From Candidatus Latescibacterota bacterium (lineage in GTDB: Bacteria; Latescibacterota; UBA2968; UBA8231), in assembly GCA_965261395.1 (NCBI GenBank), contig OZ253462.1, forward strand, positions 384,001-448,000: a stretch of DNA of 64,000 nt, read 5' to 3'. The stretch's first letter is position 1. Each line of letters opens with the position of its first letter. A program made the position numbers and the translations under genes. This document shows positions 17,780 through 27,971 of the stretch, one piece after another. The notes under the pieces are model-generated. The model had not been told where the DNA came from. It searched no databases and worked only from the letters and a program-made list of their open reading frames with translations.

Positions 17780-20134
17780 TCAGTATGCCAGCCCGATCAG
17801 ACGCACGGCATCGTCCTCGCCGGTCTGAGCGCCCAGATCAATGCGGCAGAGGTAGATCCCCGGCGGCACGACCACGCCCTGTATATCGACTCCATTCCAC
17901 AGATAGGATCGTAAACTGCCCGCCGATGACGGGCTCAGCCGTGCCACCTGGTGCCCGCTCAGGTCGAAGATCTCCACTTGCGGTGCGGGCGCGGCGACCT
18001 TCAAGACGGCAAAGCGGATCGCGACCTGGTCGTTGATCCCGTCGCCATTGGGGGTGAAGACCGGTGGGTCTATCGCGAGGTCGTCGATGAGCCATCGGCT
18101 TCCAGTCAGTTCGGGCAAGAGCACAATATTGGCGCGGCGGGTCATGGCCTCCACCGATTGCCACAGACCCGGTCGCTCGTTGGTGCCGAGGTCGAGGGCG
18201 AAGAGGGCGGCGTTTTGCAGGACGCGGGTAGTAAAGCTGACTTTGAGCGAGTCGGCGGCGATCGCCTCTGGCAGGGCGATGAAGAGCGAGTCGCCCCGCG
18301 CTTCCACCGCCACGGGATCAATGGGTGCTGCTCCCGCGCTCACCTCGACGCCAGCCTCGAGGTCGACCGGCCCAGGCAGGGTAAAGCGCAAGAGGTCGAA
18401 GCCGCTGTCTGCGGGCAACGCGCGCGTCGCCAGGGCGTAGGTGAAGCGGGTGGCCTCGTTGGGGGGCGCCTCGCGCGGCTCAATGCGGCCCAAGGCCTCC
18501 TGCACCAAAGCCTCCTCAAACTCGATCGCTAGCGAGTGGACCGTCGGCGCGAACTCGGGGTCGTCGGTGGCGAAGATCAGTTCCAATTGCACAAAGCGGC
18601 GCGGACTCTCCGACTTGAAGGGATCGCCCGAGGACTGGTACTCGTTGCTCCACGCGCCCCAGTCCTCGCCCACCACCAAGGCGGTGTCGATGGAGCCTTT
18701 GAGAACCTTGGGGATACTATTGTATTTCTCCTCGGTGACCTCGTCCCCCTTCCTGTCGTAGAAGGTGTATTGCTCGCTGAGCGCGTTGCCCGAACGCGAG
18801 CGCAATTGGATGCGGGTGTCGGCAGGCAGTCCGGCGTCCCAGGAGAGTGCGTTGATGACCTTGGGGCGGCCGTCTGCGGCACCCAGATCGATAAAGTCGG
18901 ATCGCAGCACGACCTGGGCGGGATAGCCGGGTGAGAAGACCATGAACTCCCCCCACTTGGCCTGGCCCCAGCCGCTATCGGTGACGCCGTGCCAGAACAA
19001 ATAGCGCATTTTGCGCGGTCTGAAGAGATAGCGGATATAGAGCAGGCGGTCGGTGCCGGGGTTGAGGTGGGTGAGCAGTTCGGCGTAGTCGAAGGGCTCC
19101 GCCACCGGCAGGCCGCTGCCCAGGGCGCGGGTGCCGTCCGAAAAGAGGATGGTGTGGCCGGGACCGGTGCCGCCGACGCCAAAGCCCAGAGTACCCTCCT
19201 GCTGGCGCATCGAATAGATGAACATCTCGTCGACGAAAAACACCGCGCCCAAGTCGACTCCGAACCACACGCCGCCGTCCTTCCAACCCAGTTCGCCAAC
19301 GCCTGAGGAAATGGAGTTGTTGGTGTTGAGATTAGCGTCGAAGAGGTTGGCGGTGGCGGTGGCGCGGAACCCGTCGGTGAAGGAGCCGCGCCGATCGGTG
19401 CCGATGGCGATATTGTCACCGATGGCGATGACCTCAATCTCGGCGAGGGCCCCGTCCGCGCTCTGTTCCTCGGCCATGATACTGATGTACTGGATGAGCT
19501 GGTAGTGGTCGCGGCGATCCGGCTCTACCCGCAGGCCGGCGTCGACTACCAAGGTGCTGTCGTTGCCGGAAAATCCGAGGGGTATGGCGATGGAGGTCGC
19601 CTCATTAGGTCGGGTGGTGCGATAGACCGAGCGAAAGAGAAAGACGTCCTGGGTGGCGACGATGCGCACGCCGGTATTGACCAGCACGGTAAACTGCCTG
19701 AAGGGACGGGCCCCTTCCCGGTCGGGAAAGATCAGGCGGATTTCGCGAGCGAGTACGGCGCGACCTAGGTCGATGGTGATAAACCAGTCTTCGGGTGCCG
19801 CACCGGGATCGGGCTGCCAGAAGGTCTCGGGATCGCCGTCGATGGCCAGCGTGGCCGTCTCTGGGCTGGAGCCCACTTCCCAGATGCCACCGAAAACCGA
19901 GTCGCCGCGCTCTTTGGTCTCGTGTGCGAACAGGTGGGCGTCCCGCACCGCGTTGATATCCTTGCGGAATTTGACCAGTTGTAATTGTCCCTCGGTCCCG
20001 ACCTGCGTCAGGCCGAAGGGCTTTTCCCAGGTCGCCCATTCTGCGGCGCTGTCGAAGACCAGTTGGTCGGCGCAGACCGGGACGGCGCACAGCAGTAAGG
20101 CGCAGATGGCGAGGTGCTTGCTCGACATAGCCAT
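17780..20134 (-). CDS. Secreted protein with discoidin-like regions and C-terminal FlgD-Ig/T9SS type B-like domain (subtype B)
   Basis: Signal peptide; AIDGDPETFW...WFITIDLG; RSRSG...WGAWS...SESPRRF; VFTPNGDGIND...IFDLSG...WNGVD...VPPGIY...IGLAY. Confidence 0.85.
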   Translation of the reverse strand: MAMSSKHLAICALLLCAVPVCADQLVFDSAAEWATWEKPFGLTQVGTEGQLQLVKFRKDINAVRDAHLFAHETKERGDSVFGGIWEVGSSPETATLAIDGDPETFWQPDPGAAPEDWFITIDLGRAVLAREIRLIFPDREGARPFRQFTVLVNTGVRIVATQDVFLFRSVYRTTRPNEATSIAIPLGFSGNDSTLVVDAGLRVEPDRRDHYQLIQYISIMAEEQSADGALAEIEVIAIGDNIAIGTDRRGSFTDGFRATATANLFDANLNTNNSISSGVGELGWKDGGVWFGVDLGAVFFVDEMFIYSMRQQEGTLGFGVGGTGPGHTILFSDGTRALGSGLPVAEPFDYAELLTHLNPGTDRLLYIRYLFRPRKMRYLFWHGVTDSGWGQAKWGEFMVFSPGYPAQVVLRSDFIDLGAADGRPKVINALSWDAGLPADTRIQLRSRSGNALSEQYTFYDRKGDEVTEEKYNSIPKVLKGSIDTALVVGEDWGAWSNEYQSSGDPFKSESPRRFVQLELIFATDDPEFAPTVHSLAIEFEEALVQEALGRIEPREAPPNEATRFTYALATRALPADSGFDLLRFTLPGPVDLEAGVEVSAGAAPIDPVAVEARGDSLFIALPEAIAADSLKVSFTTRVLQNAALFALDLGTNERPGLWQSVEAMTRRANIVLLPELTGSRWLIDDLAIDPPVFTPNGDGINDQVAIRFAVLKVAAPAPQVEIFDLSGHQVARLSPSSAGSLRSYLWNGVDIQGVVVPPGIYLCRIDLGAQTGEDDAVRLIGLAY

Positions 20135-20140
20135 TACCTC

Positions 20141-22192
20141 TTAGTAGGCGATACCCAGAGGGTGGATCTGTGCCGAGGTGGCAAATTCGGCATTGGGGGC
20201 GACACTCAGGAGGTAGACTCCGGGCGGTAGCAGCTCGCCGCTCTCGTCGCGTCCGTCCCATTCGGTTTCCTGCGGGCCGGCGGTCTGCCGCCCGGCGTCA
20301 ATGCGGGCCAGTCTGCGTCCGTCGAGGGCGTAGATCTCCAGCACTACTGGCACCAATTCGGGCAGGCGAAAAAGCGTGTAGCGGATCTGCAGGCGATCGT
20401 GGACGCCGTCGCCGTTGGGGGTCAGCACCGGGGTCGAGACGCTCAGTTCCTGGACCACGCTGGGGACAGAGTCCGCCGCCCCCAACACGTGCAGGCTATT
20501 GGTCGACAGCGCTTGGCCTGCGTCGCCGCCGACGACCGGCTGTGGCAAGACCTCGCGCTCACTGTCGGAGACCTCGCCGGTGAACGTGGTGGCGAAGGAG
20601 AATAGCGCGGTTGAGAAGAACAGGCGCAGCGGCGGGTTGTCGGCGCGGGTGACGCGGGCGGGCAGGCGGACGAGCAGGCCATCTTCTGACTCGATAATCT
20701 CGGCGGGTGCGACTATTGCGAGCGGCTGGCCCATCTCCAAGCCGGCGAAGCGGGTGCGGCTGCCAGTGCGGATGCGCAGCACGTCGAAGCCCGGGGCGTC
20801 GACCTGCGAAAAATCGGCGCGCAGGTCGTAGACGAAGTCGGTCTCCTGCCCCAGGGAGACCTCGGTGAAACCGCGCGCCGGTTGCGGGTCGGTGCGCAGG
20901 GCGACCTCGCCGATAATGTCGCCAGCCAAAAGCGGGGCGGTCTCGATCCACAGCGAGTCGAGGCGGACGAAATCGTCGAAGGACCGGCTTTCGAGCGCAA
21001 TCCGCAATTGCAAATAAGAACCGCTACGCAGGTTGAGCGGCAGGCCCGGTTGGGTGAAGGGCACCGACCAGAAAGTCCAGTTCTCGTCGTCATAGCTGAT
21101 GGAGGCGCGCAGGCCGGGGCGCGGATCCAGGGTGACGATGGGTGCCTCGAGGTTGGGGCGGAACTGGCGGGTGCGCAGCTCGTTTTCGTAGCGCTCGCGC
21201 GAGACGACGCGTTCAAAACCCGTCTCCATGTACTCGTGGTAGACGGCGGGGTCCCCGTCGCGGCCGGTGCGCACCTCGATCTTGACTCCGACCGCCGCGT
21301 CGGGCGTCTCCACGGGCGTTCCGTCGACCATGCGCAAGGGCGTGGTCCGCCAGAACAGCCGCCCGAAGTTCACCGACTGGCCGAGGTCGGTGATGCTGGT
21401 TTTGTAGATGGCCTTGCGGGGCACGCCCTCAGCGAAGAGCTCGAACTCGGCAACGGTGCCGGGTGGGGCGTCCCGGTATTGGCCGCGGACGAAGGAAGCG
21501 AGAAAGTCCTCGTCGAGGACCGAGACCTGCCGCCGATAGCGCACGTAGCGCACGTAGCGGCGGGGGAAGGGGATCGCGACGCGGGGCTCGAAATTCTCGT
21601 CGACGTCGGCGATGATATGTGAGAGAGGCTCCAGCGTGCCTTCGACGACGGGCCGCTCGGATTCGCTGGCGACCGACACGTCGTAGCCGGGAATTGCGTC
21701 GGTCTTGAGGGGCGTGCCGTCGGAGCGAAAGCCCTGGCTGGGGGTGGTAAAGCCGAAGGAGACGGCCGGCACGGCGACGGCCAGATCCATGGTGTAGACC
21801 TCGCGTTCGAGCGGCACGGCGCGGGGCGGGTAATAGGTGGCGTCGTCGCCGTCGATAAGCAGGCTACCGCTGGGGGCAGCCAGGCCGTCGCTCCACTTCC
21901 AGGTGCGCGGGGTCGCGCCGTCGACATAGCCGAGGACGATATCGCTGGGGTCGCGCCAGAAAACCCAATTGTCGAGGTGGGAAAAAACCGTTTTTTCAGG
22001 CGTCAGGTAGATGGGCTGGATGGAGCCGGGCGCGCTGACGAAGTCGATGAACAGACGCGTGGTGTCGCTTTCGCTCCACGACAGGCCAGCGCCGCCCAGC
22101 TTCCACGCCGAGATCTGGGCGGGGGCCGGCTGCGCCATCAGCACCAGCGCGAATAACAATACGCGGCCGAATGAGGACTGCTTCAGAGCCAT
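20141..22192 (-). CDS. Secreted protein with discoidin-like region and C-terminal FlgD-Ig/T9SS type B-like domain (subtype A)
   Basis: Signal peptide, RBS GAAGGAG; VRTG...WTFWS; VLTPNGDGVHD...IYALDGR...WDGRD...LPPGVY...LGIAY. Confidence 0.85.
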   Translation of the reverse strand: MALKQSSFGRVLLFALVLMAQPAPAQISAWKLGGAGLSWSESDTTRLFIDFVSAPGSIQPIYLTPEKTVFSHLDNWVFWRDPSDIVLGYVDGATPRTWKWSDGLAAPSGSLLIDGDDATYYPPRAVPLEREVYTMDLAVAVPAVSFGFTTPSQGFRSDGTPLKTDAIPGYDVSVASESERPVVEGTLEPLSHIIADVDENFEPRVAIPFPRRYVRYVRYRRQVSVLDEDFLASFVRGQYRDAPPGTVAEFELFAEGVPRKAIYKTSITDLGQSVNFGRLFWRTTPLRMVDGTPVETPDAAVGVKIEVRTGRDGDPAVYHEYMETGFERVVSRERYENELRTRQFRPNLEAPIVTLDPRPGLRASISYDDENWTFWSVPFTQPGLPLNLRSGSYLQLRIALESRSFDDFVRLDSLWIETAPLLAGDIIGEVALRTDPQPARGFTEVSLGQETDFVYDLRADFSQVDAPGFDVLRIRTGSRTRFAGLEMGQPLAIVAPAEIIESEDGLLVRLPARVTRADNPPLRLFFSTALFSFATTFTGEVSDSEREVLPQPVVGGDAGQALSTNSLHVLGAADSVPSVVQELSVSTPVLTPNGDGVHDRLQIRYTLFRLPELVPVVLEIYALDGRRLARIDAGRQTAGPQETEWDGRDESGELLPPGVYLLSVAPNAEFATSAQIHPLGIAY

Positions 22193-22247
22193 AGAGTGCT
22201 CCTTCAATACGCATAATAAATAACAATTGTACGGCGCAAAGCGAATC

Positions 22248-23870
22248 CTACTCGTCCTCTCCGTCCTCTATCGCCTCGATATCAAAAGCCGCCGCGATCA
22301 ACGCTCTTGTATAAGCCTCTTTTGGCGCGGCGAAAACCTCCTGCGTCGGCCCCTGTTCGACTACCAACCCTTCCTTCATCACGATTAGCTCGCTAGCCAA
22401 GGCGCGGACGACCTTGAGGTCGTGGCTGATGAACAAATAGGCCAGACCGTGGTCCGCCTGGAGTTGGAGCAGGAGTTCGACTATTTGGGCCTGCACCGTT
22501 TTGTCTAAGGCGCTGGTCGGTTCGTCGAGGATCACCAAGCGCGGCTTGAGGGCCATGGCGCGGGCGATGGCGATGCGCTGGCGTTGGCCGCCGGAGAACT
22601 CGTGCGGGTAGCGGTCCATGGTCAACGGGTCCAGATCGACTTCAGCCATGGTCTCGGCGACTAGCTGCCGGCGCTGGTGGTAGTCGCCGCCGATTGCGTG
22701 AATCAGCAGGCCCTCCTCAATGATCTGAAAAGCCGAGAGGCGCGGGCTCAGCGAGGCGAAGGGATCCTGGAAGACGATCTGCATCTGCCGCCGTAGCGGG
22801 CGGATCTGCTTTTGCTGCCAGCCCTGGATATCGCGGCCGTCAAATTCGATCGGCCCCGCGCTGGCGACTAGCCGCAAGAGCGCCTGACCGAGGGTGGTCT
22901 TGCCCGAGCCGGATTCGCCGACGATGCCGACGGTCTGCCCCGCGCGGATGGTGAGCGAAATTCCGTCGACTGCTTTTACATGGCCCACAGTGCGGCGCAG
23001 CAGACCGCGCTTGATGGGAAAGTGGACCTTGAGACTGTGGGTGCGGATAACTTCGGGCGCGGTCTCGTCCATCGGGGCCGGTTCGCCCTCGGGCTCGGCG
23101 GCTAGGAGCGTGCGGGTATAGGGGTGTTGCGGAGCGGTGAAGAGAGCCTCGGCGGTATTGTGTTCGACGATCTCGCCGTTGGTCATCACATAGACGCGAT
23201 CGGCCATGTGGCGGACGATGCCCAGATCGTGGGTGATTAGCAGAATCGCCATGCCTAACCGGGCCTGCAAGTCCTTGAGCAGGGCGAGGATCTGCGCCTG
23301 GATCGTCACATCGAGCGCGGTGGTCGGCTCGTCGGCGATGAGCAGGTCGGGTTCGTTGGCCAAGGCCATGGCGATCATCACCCGCTGGCGCTGACCGCCC
23401 GAGAGCTGGTGCGGCCAAGCGTCTAGGCGCTCCTCGACATTGGGGAGGCCAACCAGCCCTAAAAGCTCTATCGCGCGGGCGCGAGCTTCCGCGCGGCTCA
23501 GGCCCCGATGCAAGATGAGCGTTTCGCACAGTTGCTTTTCGATGGAGTGCAGTGGGTTGAGCGAGGTCATCGGCTCCTGGAAGACCATTGCGACGCGATT
23601 TCCGCGCAGCTCCTGCAACCGCGCCGCCGCCGCGCCCAACAGCTCCTCGCCGTCGAGGCGGACGCTGCCGTGGGGGTGGCTGGCGCGCGGGTAGGGCAAC
23701 AGTTGCAGCACCGAGAGCGCGGTCACCGACTTGCCCGAGCCGGATTCGCCGACCAGCGCCACGGTCTCGCCGCGTTCGATCTTAAGCGAGGCGCTGCGCA
23801 CCGCTTCGATATCGCCTTCGTCCCCAAGGTGAAAACGCACGCCCAGATCTTCGATCGCCAACAAACTCAT
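22248..23870 (-). CDS. yejF: Peptide/microcin C ABC transporter, fused double ATP-binding subunit
   Basis: Two NBDs: [21 protein letters not shown] and [21 protein letters not shown]; start MSLLAIEDL overlaps yejE stop (ATGA). Confidence 0.9.
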   Translation of the reverse strand: MSLLAIEDLGVRFHLGDEGDIEAVRSASLKIERGETVALVGESGSGKSVTALSVLQLLPYPRASHPHGSVRLDGEELLGAAAARLQELRGNRVAMVFQEPMTSLNPLHSIEKQLCETLILHRGLSRAEARARAIELLGLVGLPNVEERLDAWPHQLSGGQRQRVMIAMALANEPDLLIADEPTTALDVTIQAQILALLKDLQARLGMAILLITHDLGIVRHMADRVYVMTNGEIVEHNTAEALFTAPQHPYTRTLLAAEPEGEPAPMDETAPEVIRTHSLKVHFPIKRGLLRRTVGHVKAVDGISLTIRAGQTVGIVGESGSGKTTLGQALLRLVASAGPIEFDGRDIQGWQQKQIRPLRRQMQIVFQDPFASLSPRLSAFQIIEEGLLIHAIGGDYHQRRQLVAETMAEVDLDPLTMDRYPHEFSGGQRQRIAIARAMALKPRLVILDEPTSALDKTVQAQIVELLLQLQADHGLAYLFISHDLKVVRALASELIVMKEGLVVEQGPTQEVFAAPKEAYTRALIAAAFDIEAIEDGEDE

Positions 23871-24955
23871 GCGCCTTCCTCCCCAGCGTAGGTCTTGCGC
23901 GGATCGAACGCGTCGCGCACCGCCTCGCCGATAAAGACCAACAGCGACAGCATCACCGCCAGCGCGAAAAAGGCCGTAAAACCCAGCCACGGGGCTTGGA
24001 GATTGCGCTTGCCTTGGTTGAGCAGTTCGCCCAGCGACGGCGAGCCGGGCGGAAGGCCAAAGCCGAGGAAGTCGAGCGAGGTCAGCACTGCTACCGAGCC
24101 GGTGAGCACAAAGGGCAAAAAGGTCAGAGTAGAGACCATGGCGTTGGGCAGCACGTGCCGCCACATGATGCGGCGATCGCTCTGGCCGAGGGCGCGGGCG
24201 GCTTTGACGAAGTCGAAGTTGCGCGCCCGCAAGAATTCGGCGCGCACGACCCCGACCAAGCCCATCCAGCGAAACAGCAGTAACAAGCCGAGCAACCACC
24301 AGAAATTCGGCGCGACGACGCTGGCGAGGATGATCAGCAGGTAGAGCAGCGGCAAGCCCTGCCAGATCTCGATAAAGCGCTGGAAGAGCAGGTCAATCCA
24401 GCCGCCGAAATACCCTTGGACCGCGCCGGCGGCAATGCCGACCGCGGCGCTGAACAGCGTCAGCAGCAGGCCGAAGAGCACGGAGATGCGATAGCCGTAG
24501 AGGACTCGCGCCACCACGTCGCGCGCTTGGTCGTCCGTGCCGAGCCAGTTTTCGGTGTCGGGCGGGGAAGGAGCCGGATGCTTGAGGTCGTAGTTGACGG
24601 TGTCGTAGCTATAGGACACCGGCGGCCACAAGATCCAGCCCTTTTCTTCGATTAGCTCCTCGACGAAGGGGTCGCGGTATTCGGCCTCGGTCGCGAAATC
24701 GCCGCCAAAGGTCGTTTCAGGGTGCGTCACAAAGACCGGGAAGTAATAGCTGCCGTCGAAGTGGACGAGCAGCGGGCGGTCGTTGGCGATGAACTCAGCC
24801 GGCAGGCTCAGGACGAAGAGGCACCAAAAGATCCAGAAACTCCAAAAGCCACGGCGGTTGCGGCGAAAATTGGCCAGCCGGCGTTGATTGAGCCGCGACA
24901 ACTGCATGCCCATAAAGCGCGGCGGAGCGGGCGGCGGAGCGGATACGGCACTCAT
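23867..24955 (-). CDS. yejE: Peptide ABC transporter permease
   Basis: [51 protein letters not shown]. Confidence 0.92.
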   Translation of the reverse strand: MSAVSAPPPAPPRFMGMQLSRLNQRRLANFRRNRRGFWSFWIFWCLFVLSLPAEFIANDRPLLVHFDGSYYFPVFVTHPETTFGGDFATEAEYRDPFVEELIEEKGWILWPPVSYSYDTVNYDLKHPAPSPPDTENWLGTDDQARDVVARVLYGYRISVLFGLLLTLFSAAVGIAAGAVQGYFGGWIDLLFQRFIEIWQGLPLLYLLIILASVVAPNFWWLLGLLLLFRWMGLVGVVRAEFLRARNFDFVKAARALGQSDRRIMWRHVLPNAMVSTLTFLPFVLTGSVAVLTSLDFLGFGLPPGSPSLGELLNQGKRNLQAPWLGFTAFFALAVMLSLLVFIGEAVRDAFDPRKTYAGEEGA

Positions 24956-26055
24956 GACTCGCGGCTTTCAAAGTCGATGCGGCGGTCAACCAGCGTGTAG
25001 GTCAGATCGCCTAACAACTGCATCAGCATGCCTAGCAACGTGAAGAAGTACAGCGTGGCGAACATCACCGGGTAATCGCGGCCAATAGCCGCCTCGTAGC
25101 CCAACAAGCCCAACCCGTCCAACGAGAAGATGATTTCCGTCAGCAGCGCACCAGTGAAGAAGATATCGACGAAAGCGCTGGGAAAGCCGGCGATGACGAT
25201 CAGCATGGCGTTGCGAAAGACGTGGCCGTAGAGCACCCGGTTTTCGCTCAGGCCCTTGGCGCGAGCGGTGGTGACGTAGAGCTTGTTGATCTCGTCTAGG
25301 AAGGAATTTTTGGTCAGCAAAGTCAGCCCGGCGAAGCCGCCGATGACCATCGCCGTGACCGGCAGCGCTAGGTGCCAAAAGTAGTCGGCTATCTTAGCGA
25401 AGAGGGTCAGTTCATCCCAGTTAGACGAGGTCAAACCGCGCAGCGGAAACCAGTCGAGATAATGCCCACCGGCAAAGACCACGATCAGCAGAATGGCAAA
25501 GAGGAAGCTGGGGATGGCGTAGCCGACGATGACCAGCCCCGAGGTCCAGATATCGAACCGCGAGCCATCGCGTACGGCTTTGGCGATCCCCAGGGGAATG
25601 GAAATGAAATAGACCAGCAGCGTGGTCCACAGCCCCAGCGAAATCGACACCGGCATCTTCTCCTTGACCAAGTCAACGACCCGCTGGTCGCGGTAAAAGC
25701 TCTCGCCGAAGTCGAAGCGCACGTACTGGCCGATCATCTGCAAGAAGCGCTCGTGTACCGGCTTGTCGAAGCCGTACATGCGTTCGAGCTCGGCGATCAA
25801 CTCGGGATCGAGTCCTTGGGCACCGCGATATTTGCTGCTGATCTCGCTGCCTTGACCCGCGTCGGTGTCGAGGGTCTCGCCCATGCCCGAGCCGCTGACC
25901 CGCTCGGTGGCGTCGGTGCCAAAGCCCTGAATCACCGCGATAGTGCGCTCGACTGGGCCGCCCGGTGCCGCTTGGATGATGAGGAAGTTGATGGTCATAA
26001 TGCCGAACAGGGTCGGCACCATCAACAGCAGGCGGCGGAGGATATAAGCGCCCAT
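24952..26055 (-). CDS. yejB: Peptide ABC transporter permease
   Basis: [42 protein letters not shown]. Confidence 0.92.
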   Translation of the reverse strand: MGAYILRRLLLMVPTLFGIMTINFLIIQAAPGGPVERTIAVIQGFGTDATERVSGSGMGETLDTDAGQGSEISSKYRGAQGLDPELIAELERMYGFDKPVHERFLQMIGQYVRFDFGESFYRDQRVVDLVKEKMPVSISLGLWTTLLVYFISIPLGIAKAVRDGSRFDIWTSGLVIVGYAIPSFLFAILLIVVFAGGHYLDWFPLRGLTSSNWDELTLFAKIADYFWHLALPVTAMVIGGFAGLTLLTKNSFLDEINKLYVTTARAKGLSENRVLYGHVFRNAMLIVIAGFPSAFVDIFFTGALLTEIIFSLDGLGLLGYEAAIGRDYPVMFATLYFFTLLGMLMQLLGDLTYTLVDRRIDFESRES

Positions 26056-26064
26056 AAAAGCGGG

Positions 26065-27891
26065 CTAACGGGCCTGTTCCAACTGCGCCGCCTTCTCTTC
26101 GTCGTACCACCAAGTGTAGGGCATGACAAAGTAATCTGCGGTGTGGGGGGCGGAGAAGGCGGGTTTGCCGAACTTGTCCCAATGGACCACGCGGAAGTGG
26201 TCGCTGTACCAGTGCGGGATAGTGTAGTGTCCCCACAACAATATCCGGTCCAATGCCCGAGTCGTCGCCACCAGTTCGGCGCGGCTAGGGGCCTGAATCA
26301 ATCGTTCGACTAGCGCATCGACGACCGGATCTTTGATGCCAGCGACGTTGCCGCTGCCCGGCTGGTCCGCAGTGGTGCTGGTCCAGTGGTTGCGTTGCTC
26401 ATTGCCGGGACTATGGCTCTGGCCTCGGACTAGGACGATGATGTCGTAGTCAAATGTCTGGAGCCTGTTTTGATACTGAGTCTGATCGACAATGCGGATC
26501 GTCGCTTTGACGCCGAGGCGTTCGAGGTTGGGCAGCATCGGCGCGACAATGCGTTCCCACGACGAGCTGGAGAGCAAAAATTCGATTTCCAGGACCTCGC
26601 CGGTCTCGGCGTGGGTCAAGACATCATCGACAACTACCCAGCCCGCCGCTTGCAATAGCTTTTGGGCGGTGCGCAAGTTTTGGCGGATCTGGACCGAGCC
26701 GTCGGTGGTGGGTAGCTGAAACTCAGTAGTGAAGAGTTCGTCGGGGATGCGACTTCGGTATTCCTCTAGCATTTCTAGCTCCCGGCCCGAGGGCAGCCCC
26801 GTAGAGGCCAACTCCGAATTGGCGAAGTAGCTCTTACTGCGGGTATAGAGACCGTAGAACAAATTCTTGTTGGTCCACTCAAAGTCAAAGGCGTAGCCGA
26901 GGGCTTGCCGCACTCGGGGATCTGCAAATTTAGCGCGGCGCGTGTTGAACCAAAAAGCCTGCATACCAGCGCCGCGCCGATGGGGCAGTGGATCCTTGAC
27001 CAGCTTGCCAGTGGCTACGGCTTCTCCCTCGTAGGCTGTTGACCAGTCCTTGGACGAGCTTTCGCGGCGGTAGTCGAATTCACCGGCCTTGAGCGCTTCG
27101 ATGGCCACGGTCTGGTCGCGGTAGTAGTCGAAGTGGATGCGGTCGAAGTTGAAGCGGCCCTTGTTGACGGGCAGGTCGCGGCCCCAGTAGTCCTCGACGC
27201 GCTCGTAAGTTATGGAGCGCCCGGCCTCGACCGCGGCGATTCGGTAGGGGCCGCTGCCCAGCGGTGGGTCGAGCGTGGTTTCCTCAAAGTTGCGGCCCTC
27301 CCAGTAGTGTTTGGGCAGGATGGACATCTGGCCGGCGATTAGCGGCAACTCTTTGTTGGTCTCTCCACTGAAGATAAACCGGACCTGGCGCATTCCGACT
27401 TTTTCGGCTGTCTCGATGGCCGCAAAATAGCTGCGCCATCTAGGATGCCCCTTGGTCTTATAGGTCTCTAGCGAGAAGATCACGTCCTCGGGGGTTACGG
27501 ACCTGCCGTCGTGCCAACGCGCCTCCGGCCTCAAGGTGTAGAGCACCCAAGAATTGTCGGGAGGAACTTCGATGCGCTCGGCGAGGCGACCGTATTCGGA
27601 GAAAATTTCGTCCTCAGCGTGCTCGGTGAGGGTGTCGTAGATCAAGCTACCCAGGCGCGGCGGCTCAAGGCCCTTGAGGATATGGGGGTTGAGATTGTCA
27701 AAGGTTCCAACCCAACCCAGGCGCAGCGTACCGCCCTTCGGAGCATCGGGGTTGGCATATTCAAAATGGGCAAAGTCGGGACCGTATTTGAACTCGCCGT
27801 AGAGAGAGATGCCGTGGCCGACATAGTTGTCGGCATGGACGGGAAGCGCCGTCAGGATGGCGACTAGAAGGAGTGCGATGCTCCTTGACAT
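26065..27891 (-). CDS. yejA: Extracellular solute-binding protein, family 5 (YejA-like)
   Basis: KYGPDFAHFEYANPDAPKGG, ARWHDG, PLGSGPY, AFDFEWTNKNLFYG. Confidence 0.9.
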   Translation of the reverse strand: MSRSIALLLVAILTALPVHADNYVGHGISLYGEFKYGPDFAHFEYANPDAPKGGTLRLGWVGTFDNLNPHILKGLEPPRLGSLIYDTLTEHAEDEIFSEYGRLAERIEVPPDNSWVLYTLRPEARWHDGRSVTPEDVIFSLETYKTKGHPRWRSYFAAIETAEKVGMRQVRFIFSGETNKELPLIAGQMSILPKHYWEGRNFEETTLDPPLGSGPYRIAAVEAGRSITYERVEDYWGRDLPVNKGRFNFDRIHFDYYRDQTVAIEALKAGEFDYRRESSSKDWSTAYEGEAVATGKLVKDPLPHRRGAGMQAFWFNTRRAKFADPRVRQALGYAFDFEWTNKNLFYGLYTRSKSYFANSELASTGLPSGRELEMLEEYRSRIPDELFTTEFQLPTTDGSVQIRQNLRTAQKLLQAAGWVVVDDVLTHAETGEVLEIEFLLSSSSWERIVAPMLPNLERLGVKATIRIVDQTQYQNRLQTFDYDIIVLVRGQSHSPGNEQRNHWTSTTADQPGSGNVAGIKDPVVDALVERLIQAPSRAELVATTRALDRILLWGHYTIPHWYSDHFRVVHWDKFGKPAFSAPHTADYFVMPYTWWYDEEKAAQLEQAR

Positions 27892-27971
27892 GGGCTAGCT
27901 TTCCTTTGGGGAGTTGGGAGCTGTCAGAATGGCGATTAAAGCAAGTGCTATGTACGACTTCTGTTGGACGT

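Noticed and set aside
23871-24299. N-terminal extension of the ABC ATPase in the ORF track
   Set aside because: Overlaps yejE in another frame; real start is 23870 (ATGA coupling)
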